Source: Rhodosorus marinus CCMP1338
Lineage: Eukaryota; Plantae; Rhodophyta
Reading direction: 5' to 3'
Length of the DNA: 64,000 nt
Assembly: GCA_029953675.1 (NCBI GenBank)
Contig: JAMWBK010000006.1
Coordinates: 248,001 to 312,000, forward strand
In this document: one piece after another, positions 48,437 through 62,000 of the stretch
Position numbering within the stretch: the first letter of the stretch is position 1
Layout of the letters: each line of letters begins with the position of its first letter
Notes under the pieces: generated by a model
Seen by the model: the letters and a program-made list of their open reading frames with translations, nothing else
Told to the model about the DNA's origin: nothing
Database searches by the model: none
Made by a program: the position numbers and the translations under genes

Positions 48437-50342
48437 TTATGGAGTTGAGTCCCACGCAGCCCCGGCCATAACGTTTTCTATATCCGCGACATTTCGAGGA
48501 ACCTTTGTCAAGTTCTCATATCCGTCTGATGTTATGACAATGTCATCTTCGAGCCTGACACCCCCAAACGTTCGAAATCGATCGATTTCCTCCATCCGCA
48601 GATACTTTGAGAGAATGGGGTCGTTTCGTGCTTTCTCGATCAGAGCAGGGTTGAAGTAGATCCCTAAGATCAAAGCAAGAGAAAAGTATGATCTTTCAAT
48701 GATGACACAGAGCACGGACGCAAGAGGTCTATATTTGAACAACCTACCAGGTTCGACCGTGACAACCATGTGCTTTCTCAGCGTCCTTGTCATTCTGAGC
48801 GATTTCAACCCTGGCCTTGAGTCCCGCTTCGGGTGACCAGAAAGCATACCACCGACGTCATGAGTATCGATTCCCAAAGTATGACCGAGCCTGTCGTGAG
48901 CGCCGAAAAATCGAAGACAGACCTGGCCTTAGTATTGCGGAGATTGACGGCACCGGGCACTAGCTAACGCCACGAGCTACGCGGACCGTAGACTACTTGA
49001 AGAAAGGGCATTACCCATGGGGCATGAATACTGCACCAAGCCTCGCTTCAAGCATCTCATCCACATCCCCAACAAGCAGTCCTCCCGCTATGAGCTTCTC
49101 CAGGATCGTTCGCTCGGCAAGAACGTGCATGTCGGGCCAGCTTACTCCGGGTCGCACTTTCTCAAAGACGGCGCGCTGAGATGCTAGGACTGCTTCATAT
49201 ATCATTTCCTGATCATCAGTGAATCTCCCATTTGCTGGGAAACTGCAGGTTATATCCGAGCCATAGCAGTGATACTCAGTTCCCATGTCGAAGAGACAAA
49301 TGCTTCCGTCTTGAATGGTGCTTGCGTTAGCTGCCGCTGCGTGACCATAGTGAAGAGTAGCTCCATTGCTGCCAGAAGCACATATGCACGTGTATGAGGT
49401 GTATCTGCACCCTCCTTTGCTGTAGCAATAGTGTTGGAATAGTGACTCCATCTGGTATTCAGTCATTCCTGTTCGAAAAAGAAAAAGCCGGACATCCCGT
49501 CAAGGCCCAACTCTGTGCCAAAAGCACTGTCGAGAGTCGTACCTGGACGAATCTTCTGCATGATCTCCACGTGAGCGGCGGAAGACACAGCTGCGCTGTA
49601 CCTCATAACATCGAGCTCCATTTCAGTTTTGACCATACGGAGCTCCCTGAGAGTATTCACAAGGCAAATTGTGCAAGAAGACAGGCTGTCAGAGGTCCAC
49701 ATCCGTGATCAGCTCTTCGCTCCCAGACCATACTTACGAAAGCAGTTCAAAGAGCTCCACAAACTCCTTTTCCGTGCGGCTGGAAACCACGTCCTCAATA
49801 ACTGGAACCGGATGCTCAACTCCGCTGTCCGTGTTCACTCCCTTCGGAAAGAAGAGGGAGGTCCTCATGCCTATGAAGCTGGAAATCTCATCCAGGTAAA
49901 GTACCTCATTTACTGCATACATAGTCCTCCACTCTTCTCTGGTCAGAATATGACCCATCCATGTCTCGTACTCGATTGGCAGACGGGGAACGAACAAGCG
50001 GGCTTTTCCTGTATGAGGCTCAATTACACCCATACAGTCAGGTTCCTTAACCCCGAAGCACCAATGAAAGAAGCTCTCCTGTCGAAAAAGCTCTTCATGA
50101 TCCGTCGCGTCCCTGCACCTGGACTTGCCGCCTTCCAGAATGATGAGGTCACCGTCTTCGTCGGAGATAATTGCCCTGAAGGCCTTACAAAGCCGTGCCC
50201 TGTTCAACGCATGCAGTCTCATAGAAATCTCCAACGTCCCATCGCCCATATGGAAACGTGCATCGTTGTCCGAACCCGCAGAGGACAAGTCAATCTGCAG
50301 GTCAACGGCCTCTAGAAGCCCCTCAATATCTCCACTAGCCAT
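48437..50342 (-). CDS. PEPD: Xaa-Pro dipeptidase (prolidase, peptidase M24B), multi-exon
   Basis: Motifs [81 protein letters not shown] and GGVRLEDDI. Confidence 0.95.
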
Positions 50343-51123
50343 CTTGGAGCTCTCAAAACTGTAACTCGCGGTATCTTAAAGCGCATCAATCTAAGCCCAG
50401 CAACACCACAGCAGCATCAGCTGCACCAGCTCCGGAAACAAAAACAACGCAACTTGCAACTTCAGTAGCCTAGCCTAATTCAGTGGCGTTTGAATTCTTC
50501 CTTGCTTGTCCTCAACCCTTCCCACGTGTTCAAGCCGAGAACTATGCGGATACCAAGACCAGGAATGCAACCCGAGTCTATATATAGTCCTGACACTGCC
50601 TTGGAAAGCGGAGATGACTAGCAGCTTCACGGGTTGGTTGATGAGGCAATGGCGATATACAGGTAGCGACTATTAGGTTTACGTCCACTATGCTTTCGAT
50701 TGGACAGAAGTTCATGAAAATATTGTCTTCGTGAACTAGTAGACGACTGAAAACCAGCAGCTCTTGACTCAGCAGCACTTTCAAACCTCCCCAGAAAATT
50801 GGGAACCCAAAAAGGCACCGGACGTGAAGTGCGGAGGCCAGCATGCTCTAGCACCTCGGACGGCAGTGAAAACAGCGCCGTCCTAATTCTTGGATGATGT
50901 CCTTTCGTGAGAGTGGTCTGGATCTCACAGCACACTTTATCCGCGCTCCTGGCGCACCGTTGTTCCGCAGAACAGTTTCGGACAAGATTGATGTGGTTTT
51001 GGGAACTCACGTTGCAAATTTCAGTCTCAAGCCCCTGGGTAGTATGATTTAGTTCTCAAGTTGTCATATAAATATCGTTAACGGAACCTTGAGGTGGGAG
51101 TTGATTTCTATATATATACAGAA

Positions 51124-52746
51124 TTAAGCTGCAGCCGACTTTCGTCGCATAGAGGTGGGATCTGTAGCGAACATTCCGTCGGATTTCGGGCCCTGGAGCT
51201 TTCTCGATACTTTGCTTAACAAGCTCTTCGCCTGGGCCTTGTACTTTCGGGCTCGCCTAGGAGAACCCCTCTCTGAAGTGTCGCTTGAAGTACTGGATGG
51301 CGACGGTGCCAGAAACTCGACAGTCCCAATCCGCCCTGCACCCTTGGGCGATCCTTTCTGCACGGGAACTGCAGGTGACTCACAACCAAACGACCTAGTT
51401 GATGGCGAACCACCGGATGCTCTTCGAGTTGGAGTTCCAGGCGTCAGGATCTGGGACGACATGCTCCCATTGGCGGATCCAGAGGAGCCCGACGTTTTCT
51501 TCGTAGGGAAGCCCTCCCTAAGATGCCGCAGAAGGCTCTTCGCGGGGCCGGTAATTGAGTTGGAGCGCACAAACGCGGACTCGTCCCCTGCCTCAACCGC
51601 ACCGTCTTCTCTGACAAATGGATGATTGAGCGCGTCCTTAGCCGTTAGCCTCTCGGCTGGGTTCACCTTCAGCAGCGAGTAGAGCAAGTCGCGTGTTTCC
51701 GGGCTGTAGTCATCCCAAATCGGGCCTAGTTCCAATTCACATTTCTGAATCTTTCGAAAGATATCTCCAAAGTTGTTTTCAAAGAAAGGATGAACCTTCT
51801 CGATGAGCCAATAGAGAACCACTCCGCAAGCCCACATGTCAACAGCCTTCGTGTAGGGCTGGTTCATCACCTGCTCCGGCGCGAGGTACAGAACTGCGCT
51901 GTGTCCGCAACCGCTGATTGTTTTGCAGTCGTCCACTAGTATCCCGGACCCGAGATCGATGAGCTTGGGCGACCAAGGAACTGAGGCACTAGTGCACACA
52001 ATATTATCAATCTTCAGGTCTCGGTGTACAATATCCTTATCGTGGAGGCTATTCACAGCGTTGAATAAGGCACGCATTATGTCCTTAACCTCCTCCTCCC
52101 GAAGATTATCCCGCTTGTTAATCACTCTCTCCTCCAAAGTGCCACCGGCTAAATACTCCACCACAAGATACACATGTCTATCGCTCTCAAAGTAGTCAAT
52201 CCTGAACAGACAAAGCAAACAGAAGTCGTCAGCGAAGTGCTCGTAAAACACGCTCATGCCAAGGCCAACTTACGGCTTCACAATGCCTTTGTGGTTGACA
52301 AGGAAAAGAATTAGCACGTCAACCAGCATGTCTAGCAACTGCTCTGCCTGTAGGTTGGACATATCGGTAACTTTGATCGCAACCCGCTCGCCGGTCTTCC
52401 TGTTTGTCCCGAACCTCACGGTTCCATTGCTTCCCTCTCCGATTTTCGCACCGAGATCATAGTAGTCCTCCACATTTCGCTTCAGGACCTGACCCAGCCG
52501 GCTGGTCAGACTGCGAAGGTCGGCCTCGTCGCAAAACAGCTCCAGATTTATTGGGTCAATCCGGCAGCTGGAAGTAGTTCGATCTGTCTTCACATTGCAG
52601 CAGAGCAATGGCACGCACCAGTCCGCAGGTGAGCATTCGTCCTCATGCTTGGACAACACAAGCCCGTTCATCCGAAAACAACCCCGTGCCCAAACCCCAT
52701 TCTCAGTATACTCGAGATCAGGCCAGCAGAAATCATTCCCATGCAT
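51124..52746 (-). CDS. CaMK-like Ser/Thr kinase with an N-terminal PH-like segment and Ser-rich tail, 516 aa
   Basis: Exons 52746-52274 and 52201-51124. Motifs GEGSNG, VAIK, HRDLKIDN, DLG, YLAPE and KAVDMWACGVVLY. Confidence 0.88.
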
Positions 52747-54651
52747 ACTTGCCGAACCTATCTCAGCACAAACATACAAAAATCTCCGCTTCCAACAACC
52801 CCAAAACCGACCTACACACCCGTCTTTCCCACTCTCACCCTCCCCCCTTCACAACGCCTCCTCTCCACACACTGCTCGCCAAATGTAAAAGTAACCTGGT
52901 AAACCCTTACGCCAGGAGGCTGCGGTCTCCTCTTGTGTAGCCAGCAAAACCAAAAAAAAATCACATATTTTTGGCTCCGCAGTCCGCTGAACTTCACATA
53001 GATTTCGAGCCTCCAACTCTTGGAAGGCTACTTATATACTTTCTTTGGCACTCTCGGGTTCTCCCTCCATCACCCGCCCAAGTGCGCGGCACTCCCTCTC
53101 TATCCTCCCAAAACACACCGATTCCCTCGAAAACTCAACCCCCGTCTTCCTTTTCAGTGGATTTTTTGATTTAGATAAAAACAGATACATTATAATGCTA
53201 CCCTTAAAAACTCCTTCCCCCCTCCCCTCTGCTTCCTCAGTGACAGGGGACATGCACACCCGCCCAACTCTCCATCCCCCCCCCCCTCGAGAAAATCATA
53301 TTCTTACCCCTTGGTATACAAACCAGAAACTCTGTAAAAATAAACGAAAACAACTAGTCCTGTTTTTTTATGTTTGCCAACAAAACCATTCTATGCGGAA
53401 TCTACCCAGCCCCATATGAGTGTGACTGTAAATACAACCAGATTCCAATCTGGAAGGTTCCTGACACCACCCCGTAGACCTTGCTTGCCATTTTGCGTTG
53501 CACAGGATGGTATTTAGAGATCTCTGGCCTAGTTTATCTCTGCAAGATTTGGGTATTTGCTCTTAATAATGGAGGATGCTTATCATAATAGATTAGCAAG
53601 TTTGTAAAACAAGACGATATTCTGACTATTTAATGTTTTATGGATTTTTTTGAACGTCCAAAAGTGACCAAAATTTGCGAAAATAGTGAATACTCGTTGG
53701 CTAGGGTGGGGGGGAAGCACCTACGGTTTATAGCCTTGGTAGGTTTCCCACGCCGAATTAAGAGCTTCAGGGTTTTGAGGAATGGGGTTTCTTCCTTAAG
53801 TGGCAAGGCAAAACTCCATTCTAGTAAATCTATACCCCCCTTAAATCAATTTTCAACCTGTGTACCTAGAAATGACTACTTCAAGGTCTCATGGGGAAAA
53901 AAAGGTCCATGCAATAGCTCCATAATCTTAAATAATGTAAAATAGCATTATTTTTAGGGCCTCGGGCACAAGTATCAACACTTATCAACGCCCGCTGAAC
54001 ACCTCCACGTTTCACAAGAGTTGTCGCTGCAAACCTCCCCCCCCCCCCTCATTAACAGAAACAAAAAAGAATGTCCTTACCAGAATACGATAGTCCTCTT
54101 GTATGATTGGAATACAATAATATATTAGAAAATCTATATTATACCGAAATCCACCCCCTAAATTCGGGGTGACTGGGGGTCACCCGCTGACCAGCAACAA
54201 AACACTGTAAATATTTTAGAAAAAGTCGGAACCATCGGCGAGGGGGTGCTTTTCAATAACTGGAAAAAACATGAGCTCGAATCTTTGTCCTTGAATATTC
54301 GATTGCTTGCGGCCATTCCCAAAGCGTGAAATTCTCAATGAATCAGACCATAGCCATCAAATATATAACTTTTCAATATAAAAGTTCTAGAGAAAAAAAG
54401 GATCGGAATATCAAGATTCTTCTAGCTGCAATACAAAATTCATCAATATTCTTCCTTCTCGCTTCAATGTGAACTACTACGAGTCCAATAATTGGACGAA
54501 ATTTCCCTCGATTCGTGATAATTTAGAAAATATGATAAATAAATTAAAAGAAAATCTTAAGCGTCAAAATATTTTCTCAAAACGAGTTTTCGAATGAGGA
54601 CCAAAGATGGGGGAGCGTAGAAACTCAACAGTTTGAAGTTCCCTCACGGCA

Positions 54652-54810
54652 GCAGATCAGTGGGCGGTTCAGTCATTATACACCTCGTAGTACGTCAAAA
54701 GAAAAGAAAATTTGACTGATTATCTAGCAGTTTGCAGACCAGAGGGCAGTTCAGTCATTACATATACCCCCACTACAACTTCATCAACAGAAAATAAAAT
54801 TGACTGATAA
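54652..54810. repeat. Two imperfect direct repeats (about 82-88 bp period), each with an internal inverted repeat
   Basis: gcagatcagtgggcggttcagtcatta..aaaatttgactgat and gcagaccagagggcagttcagtcatta..aaaattgactgat. Confidence 0.75.
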
Positions 54811-55611
54811 TTATCAGTTTGTTTTTCATAAGTTTGTGTTCGGATATGGGTGAGGAATTTTTTTGCATGAGCGGATGACTGCTTTTGAGGATGGTTTGGT
54901 ATTGAAAGCCCTCGGCTGAGGGGTCGTCTGGATATGTCAGGCTCAAAGATGTGATTTCTTAATACTTCCTAAGCGGAGTGCCATCGAGGCTGTTGATAAT
55001 AGAATCTTGGGGTATTGGGTGTTTTTAAAGGGTGTGGAGGTGGAAGTTGTAGCGCGGTAGTTTCTTGAATTTTTGCTGGAACCACGTTCATGAGCTTTTG
55101 ATGTGCGTATATCCAGGAAGTTTACAGCGTCGAGGTCGTGCACAAGCCCTGCGTGGAGTTTAGGCGATTGCCCGGGAGCCGTGTTTTTTCTCTTCCTCTG
55201 TGCTTTCCCCTGGAGTCCTTGCTCATGAATACGATGCCTGGTAGAGAGAGCTGGGCAGTTATTGCTGGAGATGTAAAACACATTGGGGGAGTTTCTGGTA
55301 ATCCAAAGATTTGGCTTGCTCATTGGCCCGGCATCCGAGTTCAGCCGGGAATCAGTCCCTCTTTGCCTCATGGGTTTATCCTAAGGAGGAGGCAGAAGCC
55401 CAACTATCCCCGTACCCTCTGCGTCACACCTGTTCGTCGCCTGTGTCAAGCACGAAGCACTGCATGTCGGCCGCTGAGGACAGAGCGGGGTGAGCATCAA
55501 CATGCATTATCGCATGCCCTCGTGCAGCTTGTGATGGTCCCTTAGCCCTCGGGGGTCCAAAGATCAATAGTTTTTTCGTTGAGCTTCGGGCAACGGCGTC
55601 CGGGAATATTC

Positions 55612-55667
55612 ATTAGTAGCTTGCTCCTGGCAGCTTGCTCTTGGTGGCTTGCTCTTGGCAGCTTGTT
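55612..55667. repeat. 14-bp minisatellite, 4 copies
   Basis: attagtagcttgct / cctggcagcttgct / cttggtggcttgct / cttggcagcttgtt. Confidence 0.8.
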
Positions 55668-56881
55668 GTTGGTAGATCTTTGTCGTCGCCAAGAGAACCA
55701 TATGCAAGAGGCACATCCTCCGATCAGCACTCTCGAAGAGTAGGTTGGAGTTATAATGAGATCACGAAATGTTCGGTAGCCGATGTGTCGACCCACTTGT
55801 GCGGATGGTAGTAGCTAGCAAGGAAGAACGTGGAGAGCGTGCCAAAAACAAATTAGAGACGGCAACGTTCACTATTGTGGCGCGATCTCTCCTGATCGAA
55901 AATCGGGACATTCTGTAGCCGTTTCAGAAAGGGGCACAATCATGCCTGGGTGTGATGTGCTAAACTACAAGCTGTTCCCATCTAGAAACCCTTTCGCTAC
56001 TCACAGTGATTTCATTCATACCACGGACGTTGAGCACATTACAAAAAACACGACGAGTCACCCACACCACAAGCCTTCGCCAGGTGCCAACCCCTTTTTC
56101 CCGTCCACGCTATCAGGCCAAGCTCAAATAGCGCAAGCAGCTGAACACTCCGGCAACTTCAGAACAAGCTGAAAATACCCCCAAAAATGGTTGTACAACT
56201 AAGGGATCCAGAACACCCTACTATAAGTATTTCTACAGAAAAGAAGTCGTGTTCTATCCACGTTGAAATCGATCATTGAACTTCTCGTCTATTGACATCA
56301 TCGCCTATCCCCCCAAAACAAATGAGTCCTAAATCCCACATCAACCGCTCCAGCTCGGGTTCATCATCCCGACCTACTCATCCGATACACGAACCCTACA
56401 CGGCCGGTGCCATATCTCAATATAAACAATTATAATTGGATAGAATAGATATCATTTTCATATACGGTACATTATTAACCAATAAAAATTCTTAAAGTAT
56501 ATCTATGTATTTGTAAGTATTTTAATTGGATAATTAGCACTAAAGCGATGTCGCAATCGGACCCTAAAGGGGAAAAAAGGTTAGTGACTATTAAATCCAT
56601 ATTTTACGAGGAGAAGCGAGATATAATTATAATATTTATTAATAATTTAGACATATTGGGGTGGATTTTTTCCATCTTAATAATTGGTTTATGTGTCGAA
56701 ATGGATTCGCGTGACACGGGGATTGGGAGTTTGTTTGCTTGTGGGTTTGGCGATTGAGATGGCGAGGGTTGCACCAAGAGGAGTGGGCAAGAGTTGGAGC
56801 TAGGTGATTCTGGAGCGGTTGTCATTCTATTTTCAAACGTAGCGAACCCGGAAGAAGACTCAATAGGGGGCAGTGGACGCT

Positions 56882-58586
56882 ATGCTCGTTGTTGACAGAA
56901 CTGGATTGGGGTTTATCCCCGTAGGAGAGATCAAGCTTAGACGGGCAGGTTCTGTCCTGAGGGCTCGTAAGAAATTTGCATCCCTCCACCGGGCGGCCCT
57001 ACTTGCTTTGTTGTGGATGGTTGTTTTTTTTTTCTCCGACTTGTGCGAGCAATAGTTTTGACATTATTGCGGATGCTCGCTTTTGGTGCGTAGGACCTCG
57101 ATCATGTCTGGTGTCAAAGAGGACAAAGCTGCGCATGAGCAGCGATGAGAGCAGCACCAATAAAGTATGGATCAGCGACCAGGACGATTCGAGACAAGAA
57201 GGAGCTGCTTTACCCGACCAGTTTGGTTTGGAAGGGGTTGAAGAGACCGATAGTGGCGCCGGTGCAGGAGCGGGAGGAGCCGGAAGGGCCGGTGGAGGCG
57301 GAGGTGGGTCCGGTGGGAGCGGTGGCGAATCAGGTGGTTCTGATGCTGCACTTCCAATCGAATTGCTTGCCATTCTGAATGTCAGTTTCCCTCCTCATCC
57401 AAATGACGAGTTGCTGCCAAATCGAAAAGAACTGAACATCAATCTGTTACTGGTTTCTTCTACGCCTTGACGCAACTAGGCGGCTGGCAGATCCCCGGGA
57501 TCGTTGCCCCAGGAAGTTCTCGAAGCATTGACTGCTGGAAGAGCAAACGCCAAACATTTAGAAAACTTCTTGAGGATCGATTCTACCCCTCTTCTGGGCC
57601 CATTGGCGAAAGCATTCACGGGCCTTAGAGACCGCCTCGTCCTTAACATGAGGTGAGTGCGGAAGAACTTTCTTCGCACATGGAAACTCTAGACCAACTG
57701 GAAAATGCAGAAGCGGCCGATGCACATTACGCGAAAGTCTCAGAATTTGTCGTTGATCCTCTGAAGGTTCTGGATGGTGGTGTGCGTAGAGCTAGCAATT
57801 GGCTTCGGCAGCAAGACTTTTGTGGAAGTTAAAGTACGAGGAGAACGGTTCTGGAAAGAGTTTGACTTTTATCTATCTGATATTGCTCTTGAGCTGGTTG
57901 GTGATTTCGCGCTAGTATGGCTTCTCTCACCAGCTATGAGGTTCGCTGGTCCTCCAGCTGCAGGCTCTTTTAGTCGTAAGTATGGCCTAAGAACTGATCA
58001 CTACTTGCAAAGGACAGAGAGAAACCTAAGTTGGTGATCACTCGATTATGTGCTTTTTCAAAAAGACTTCATTGAGGGTGTCCCAAAGCATGCTCTCCAG
58101 CTCGGAAGTTATGCGCTCTGGCAGAGGCTTTTCTGCATCGTCTATAAAGGTCTACAGTTCGGATCTGTGGGCTTCTTCGCTTCTTTAATAGGCCATTCCG
58201 CAACAAAAGCATTGGTGGACTACAGAAAGAAGATGAACCCTGAAGAGGAGTCTCAGGTGAAGCTTGCCCCGGTCCTTCAAAACTCGCTGTGGTGGGGTTT
58301 CTTCATGATGATCTCCAGCGCCCCGAGGTGAGTTGACCCATAATTTGCGAAGCGCAATGGACATGCATACAAGTGTTCCTCGTAGTGTCTAAGAACGACC
58401 GTGGTCCTTATGTTTAAATGGATTAACAGGTATCAGCTCGTTAACGCATGGGAACAGAGGATTGTGGATAGAAGGATGTCTAACATTGTTGTGGCCACGA
58501 TTGCCACCTTCACGGTCCGACTTTTGAACTGTGGTTTTGGTGGAGAGCACTGGCTGGTCATGGCGAAACAGCTCGGACTTCAGTGA
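56882..58586 (+). CDS. RER: RETICULATA-related (DUF3411) plastid envelope protein, about 390 aa
   Basis: join(56882-56966,57094-57380,57480-57652,57767-57975,58066-58327,58430-58586). Transit peptide and poly-Gly linker, then GLRDRLVLN, RGERFWKEFDFYLSD, DFALVWLLSP, YKGLQFGSVGFFASLIG, SSAPRYQLVNAWE and VRLLNCGFGGEHW. Confidence 0.9.
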
Positions 58587-59018
58587 ACAATGTGAGGAGG
58601 TACTGTTTCTCGAGGTGTGGACCCGTGATGCGACCTCCTGTCTTAATCGGTCGAGCTTTTTATTTAGTTTTGTCTCCCTGCTTTGTTCTTGTCTTAAGTT
58701 CTAGTTTTTGCTTGGCTGGTTGTTTATATGCAGTCCATCTGTAGCATTCCGAAGTAAGCCATTTAGAGTACACGCGACCTAGGAAGATGGTTCGTCGCCT
58801 TAAGGAAAATAGGAAAACCGAAAAACGAAGGAAAGAAAGGATATCTCTTGGTACAGGTGCGGTGGTATAGCAGATATATCCATATTTCAGACAGCTCAAA
58901 CTCAAGTTAGCTGTGATAGGTACAAACACGCAGCGCACTTCTCGTCCCAAACTCTGGGCCTGGCGGCTGATGAACACGTCAAAATGACCTCTGTCACTCC
59001 AAGACAACAGCACTTCGC

Positions 59019-62000
59019 CTATCGCGAGCCGAGACCTCTCTTCAGCATATCCGCCGCCGTTTCACTTATTCGCAGCCTATCTTGCAAGTTGGAGTCCATG
59101 ATGGTGTTGCTCAGCCGACCAAAGAGGTTCTTCATAGATCCGACCGTGTTCTGTCCGGCGGCAGCCAATCTCTGAAGATCGGCTGAGTCCGAGGGTTTCA
59201 CTGTGTTTGCATTGGTCTGACTCTCTAAAGACAAGCCCGTTGCTCTCATAATACTTGTGTAGTCAGCGATTATCGCGGGGGCTTCCTTTCCAACTCCTGA
59301 TGACATACAGAAAACGGCAAATCGCTGTTAGGGTGACAGAGCTAGAGCGACACATCTACCTGCGGCTTACCTTTAAGCTCTAGTAGTTGCTGAAAATCTG
59401 TTAGATTTCCACCTTCAAAGAGCACTACATATGTATCCGCAAAATTTTCCGGTTCCGTGAGGACCAACTTCAACACGCCCTCCGGCCTGAGCATTTCCGC
59501 GTTCACAAGATCCAGAAAGGCCTGTGAGGAGGCCTTTCGCTTTTTGTCACCCTCGAGTCCGTACGTGAGCATATCCTGAAGCAGCGTTTTGATCACTGAC
59601 GCATCCAGGAGGACTTGCTGCGCTCCACTGCCTGACATTTGTCGACACCTTTGGTGATTTTGACGTTGGAAATGAAGCCAGGATCTAGAGTCAGCTCATT
59701 GTTTCAGATGTAGAACAATCTGGCAATTCCTTGGTGATGATATTACCGGTACAAAGACGACGTAAACCTTGGTACAAAAGCACACACAAGGCGGTCGCAA
59801 AACACTCGATAGTGAGGCGGAGCAAAGTTCTGTCTCACGAGCTGCATCGCGTGGTGCACAATGCGCGTCAGAGTGCTAACGTAGTTACTCGAATCCCCAA
59901 CTCTAGTCACGTTGCTGAAGGGAATGAAAATAAAGAAATCAGCAACAAGGAGACGGCTAGAGGAGTTCAACAACCACGCTGTTGAGCCAAACGAAGACCA
60001 GGAACGAGGGCATACCTCCAGTTAGTCTTCGTCATAAAATTAAGTGCAGGTTCGAGACGATTCACGGTTAGCGACACCAGGGACTTGATTGCCTTCCCAG
60101 ACAATCCGATGAACTGATCAACTTCGTTCGTCATATTAATCTGATCCTCGAACACTTCGTCCACTTGCTTCCGCAAGCTATCCTCCAACTGCTCGGTAGT
60201 GCTGGCACAGTACTAACCAGAAAGACAGGATCCACAGAGATTTAGGCTTTGCGGTGTTAGTTAAGAATGACACGTCCGTCTTATTAGCTAATCAGACAAC
60301 AATCTCGTCGAAACAAGCTGCTCACGTCCGCAGTCTCGACAATTGCGCACAACCGCTTCGCATCGTTCTCCCACTTCACTTTCATTTCTTTCGTTTCGGA
60401 ATCAGAAGTGGTAACCGGCGCTTCTCTTGGGGGAAGCCTACGCGTCAACGCCTGAACATAAGCCAACAGTGTTTTCTTATAGACCTATTACGCATAGGAG
60501 ATTGGTCGATTGCACAATGTCGTTTCAGTGTCAGGTAGTACAGGATCAACTCCTTTGCGTGGTACGGATCTCTCGCCTTACTCTATGCATGTTGAAAAAC
60601 GTCTTGCTAGTAGTCAGTTGCGCACAACGACGAACGGACTTCTGAATGTGTAGAAACAATTCAGTGGAGCTTTTCAGCACATGCGTCGTGGACGATGACA
60701 CCCAACTTTCGTTTCGCAAGAGGTCGTTAAGAATCTCAGACAGGTTTTCGTCCTCGTCCGTGACGAAGGCGCCTGGAGCAGCCACAAGAGAATGGTTGGA
60801 GTTAACTTATAGAGCCGTTTTCTGAGGCGACACCTGCCCCTCGTCCAACATCGGCCGAGTGATACCAACAAGAATGTGGACGACGAGCCCAGTGGCCTAG
60901 GAACGTCACGACTCGCACAAGAAAGGTGTTCCACTCATGGTGCTTACTCATATAAGGCTCAAAGCAGGTACTCATGATCCCCACGAAGGTTACCTCCCCT
61001 GTTTCCCCAGAAGGGGAGTGTGCCTCAAGCTCATTCTCAAACTCGACCGTCCGTTGCAGGGCGAGGACCATGGAATGAACTTCTTTCGTCTCTTTTCCGA
61101 GCTGAGAATCGATAAACTTGCTTGTGGCGTTGCAGATCACCTAGACACAACCGAGAAAACCAGCTTCAGGAGAGTTCCTTTCCTGCATTCGGACATCAAA
61201 GCATATCGTCCCAGAGCAAAAAGCCTCCTTTTTCCTCTGTTTATGGGTGGAAAAGGTCCACATGCGCTTGCAGCTTTTGCTAGCCATTGCTATCCTACCT
61301 CACAGATTCTTCGGGATACACCCCAATCCGTTGGAAAGATGGTTCCTATCCCTTTCTCCTCATGTACGCGCTGCTCACGTCTAAGCCATGCGAATCGTTT
61401 GTCCAAGGAACTCAACGTGTGGTTCGATATATCGCCGAACGCCGACTGGAAAGCTGCAAGTCGGGAGCCGACGTAATGGCCAACCACCTGGGGATACACA
61501 TGGATCGCGGTCCAGAACATTTCAGAGGGGGCATTTTCACACAAGGCACTTGCGAAAAGAGAGCGGGTTTTCTAACCTCCTTCCGCAGATCCGGGCCGAG
61601 ATCGTTGGTGACCTGGCAGGCACTTTTTAACCTCATCATGGCCATCTCATATTTCTCCTTGGAGGTAATCTTTCTGCTTATCTCCTCAAACTCATCCAGC
61701 AGAATGAGCCTGAGCTTTTCACGTAAGGCACTGGCCCTTTTTCGAAGGTTGACGAGCCTCGGCAATCCTCCTTCGCTTGGAAGTCGTTCGAACCGCTTCA
61801 AAATCCTCTCCACGTCAGCGAGAAGGTGCGAGGATGCACCAATCTGGACAATATCCTTGGCCTCAGCAGCCTTTTCAAGCTTGCTCACAGCCGCCTCCAA
61901 ATCTACCAAGTTCTTCAAACCTTCAGATGTCTCAATCAAGTTCCTCCGAGCACAATCCAAGGGCTTGATGTCCCTGTGTCATTTGAGAGCGGATAGAGAG

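Noticed and set aside
49629-50315. 228-aa + ORF
   Set aside because: Antisense to prolidase exon 1.
50627-51010. 127-aa - ORF downstream of the kinase
   Set aside because: GTG start and no recognisable motif; more likely 3' UTR or intergenic sequence.
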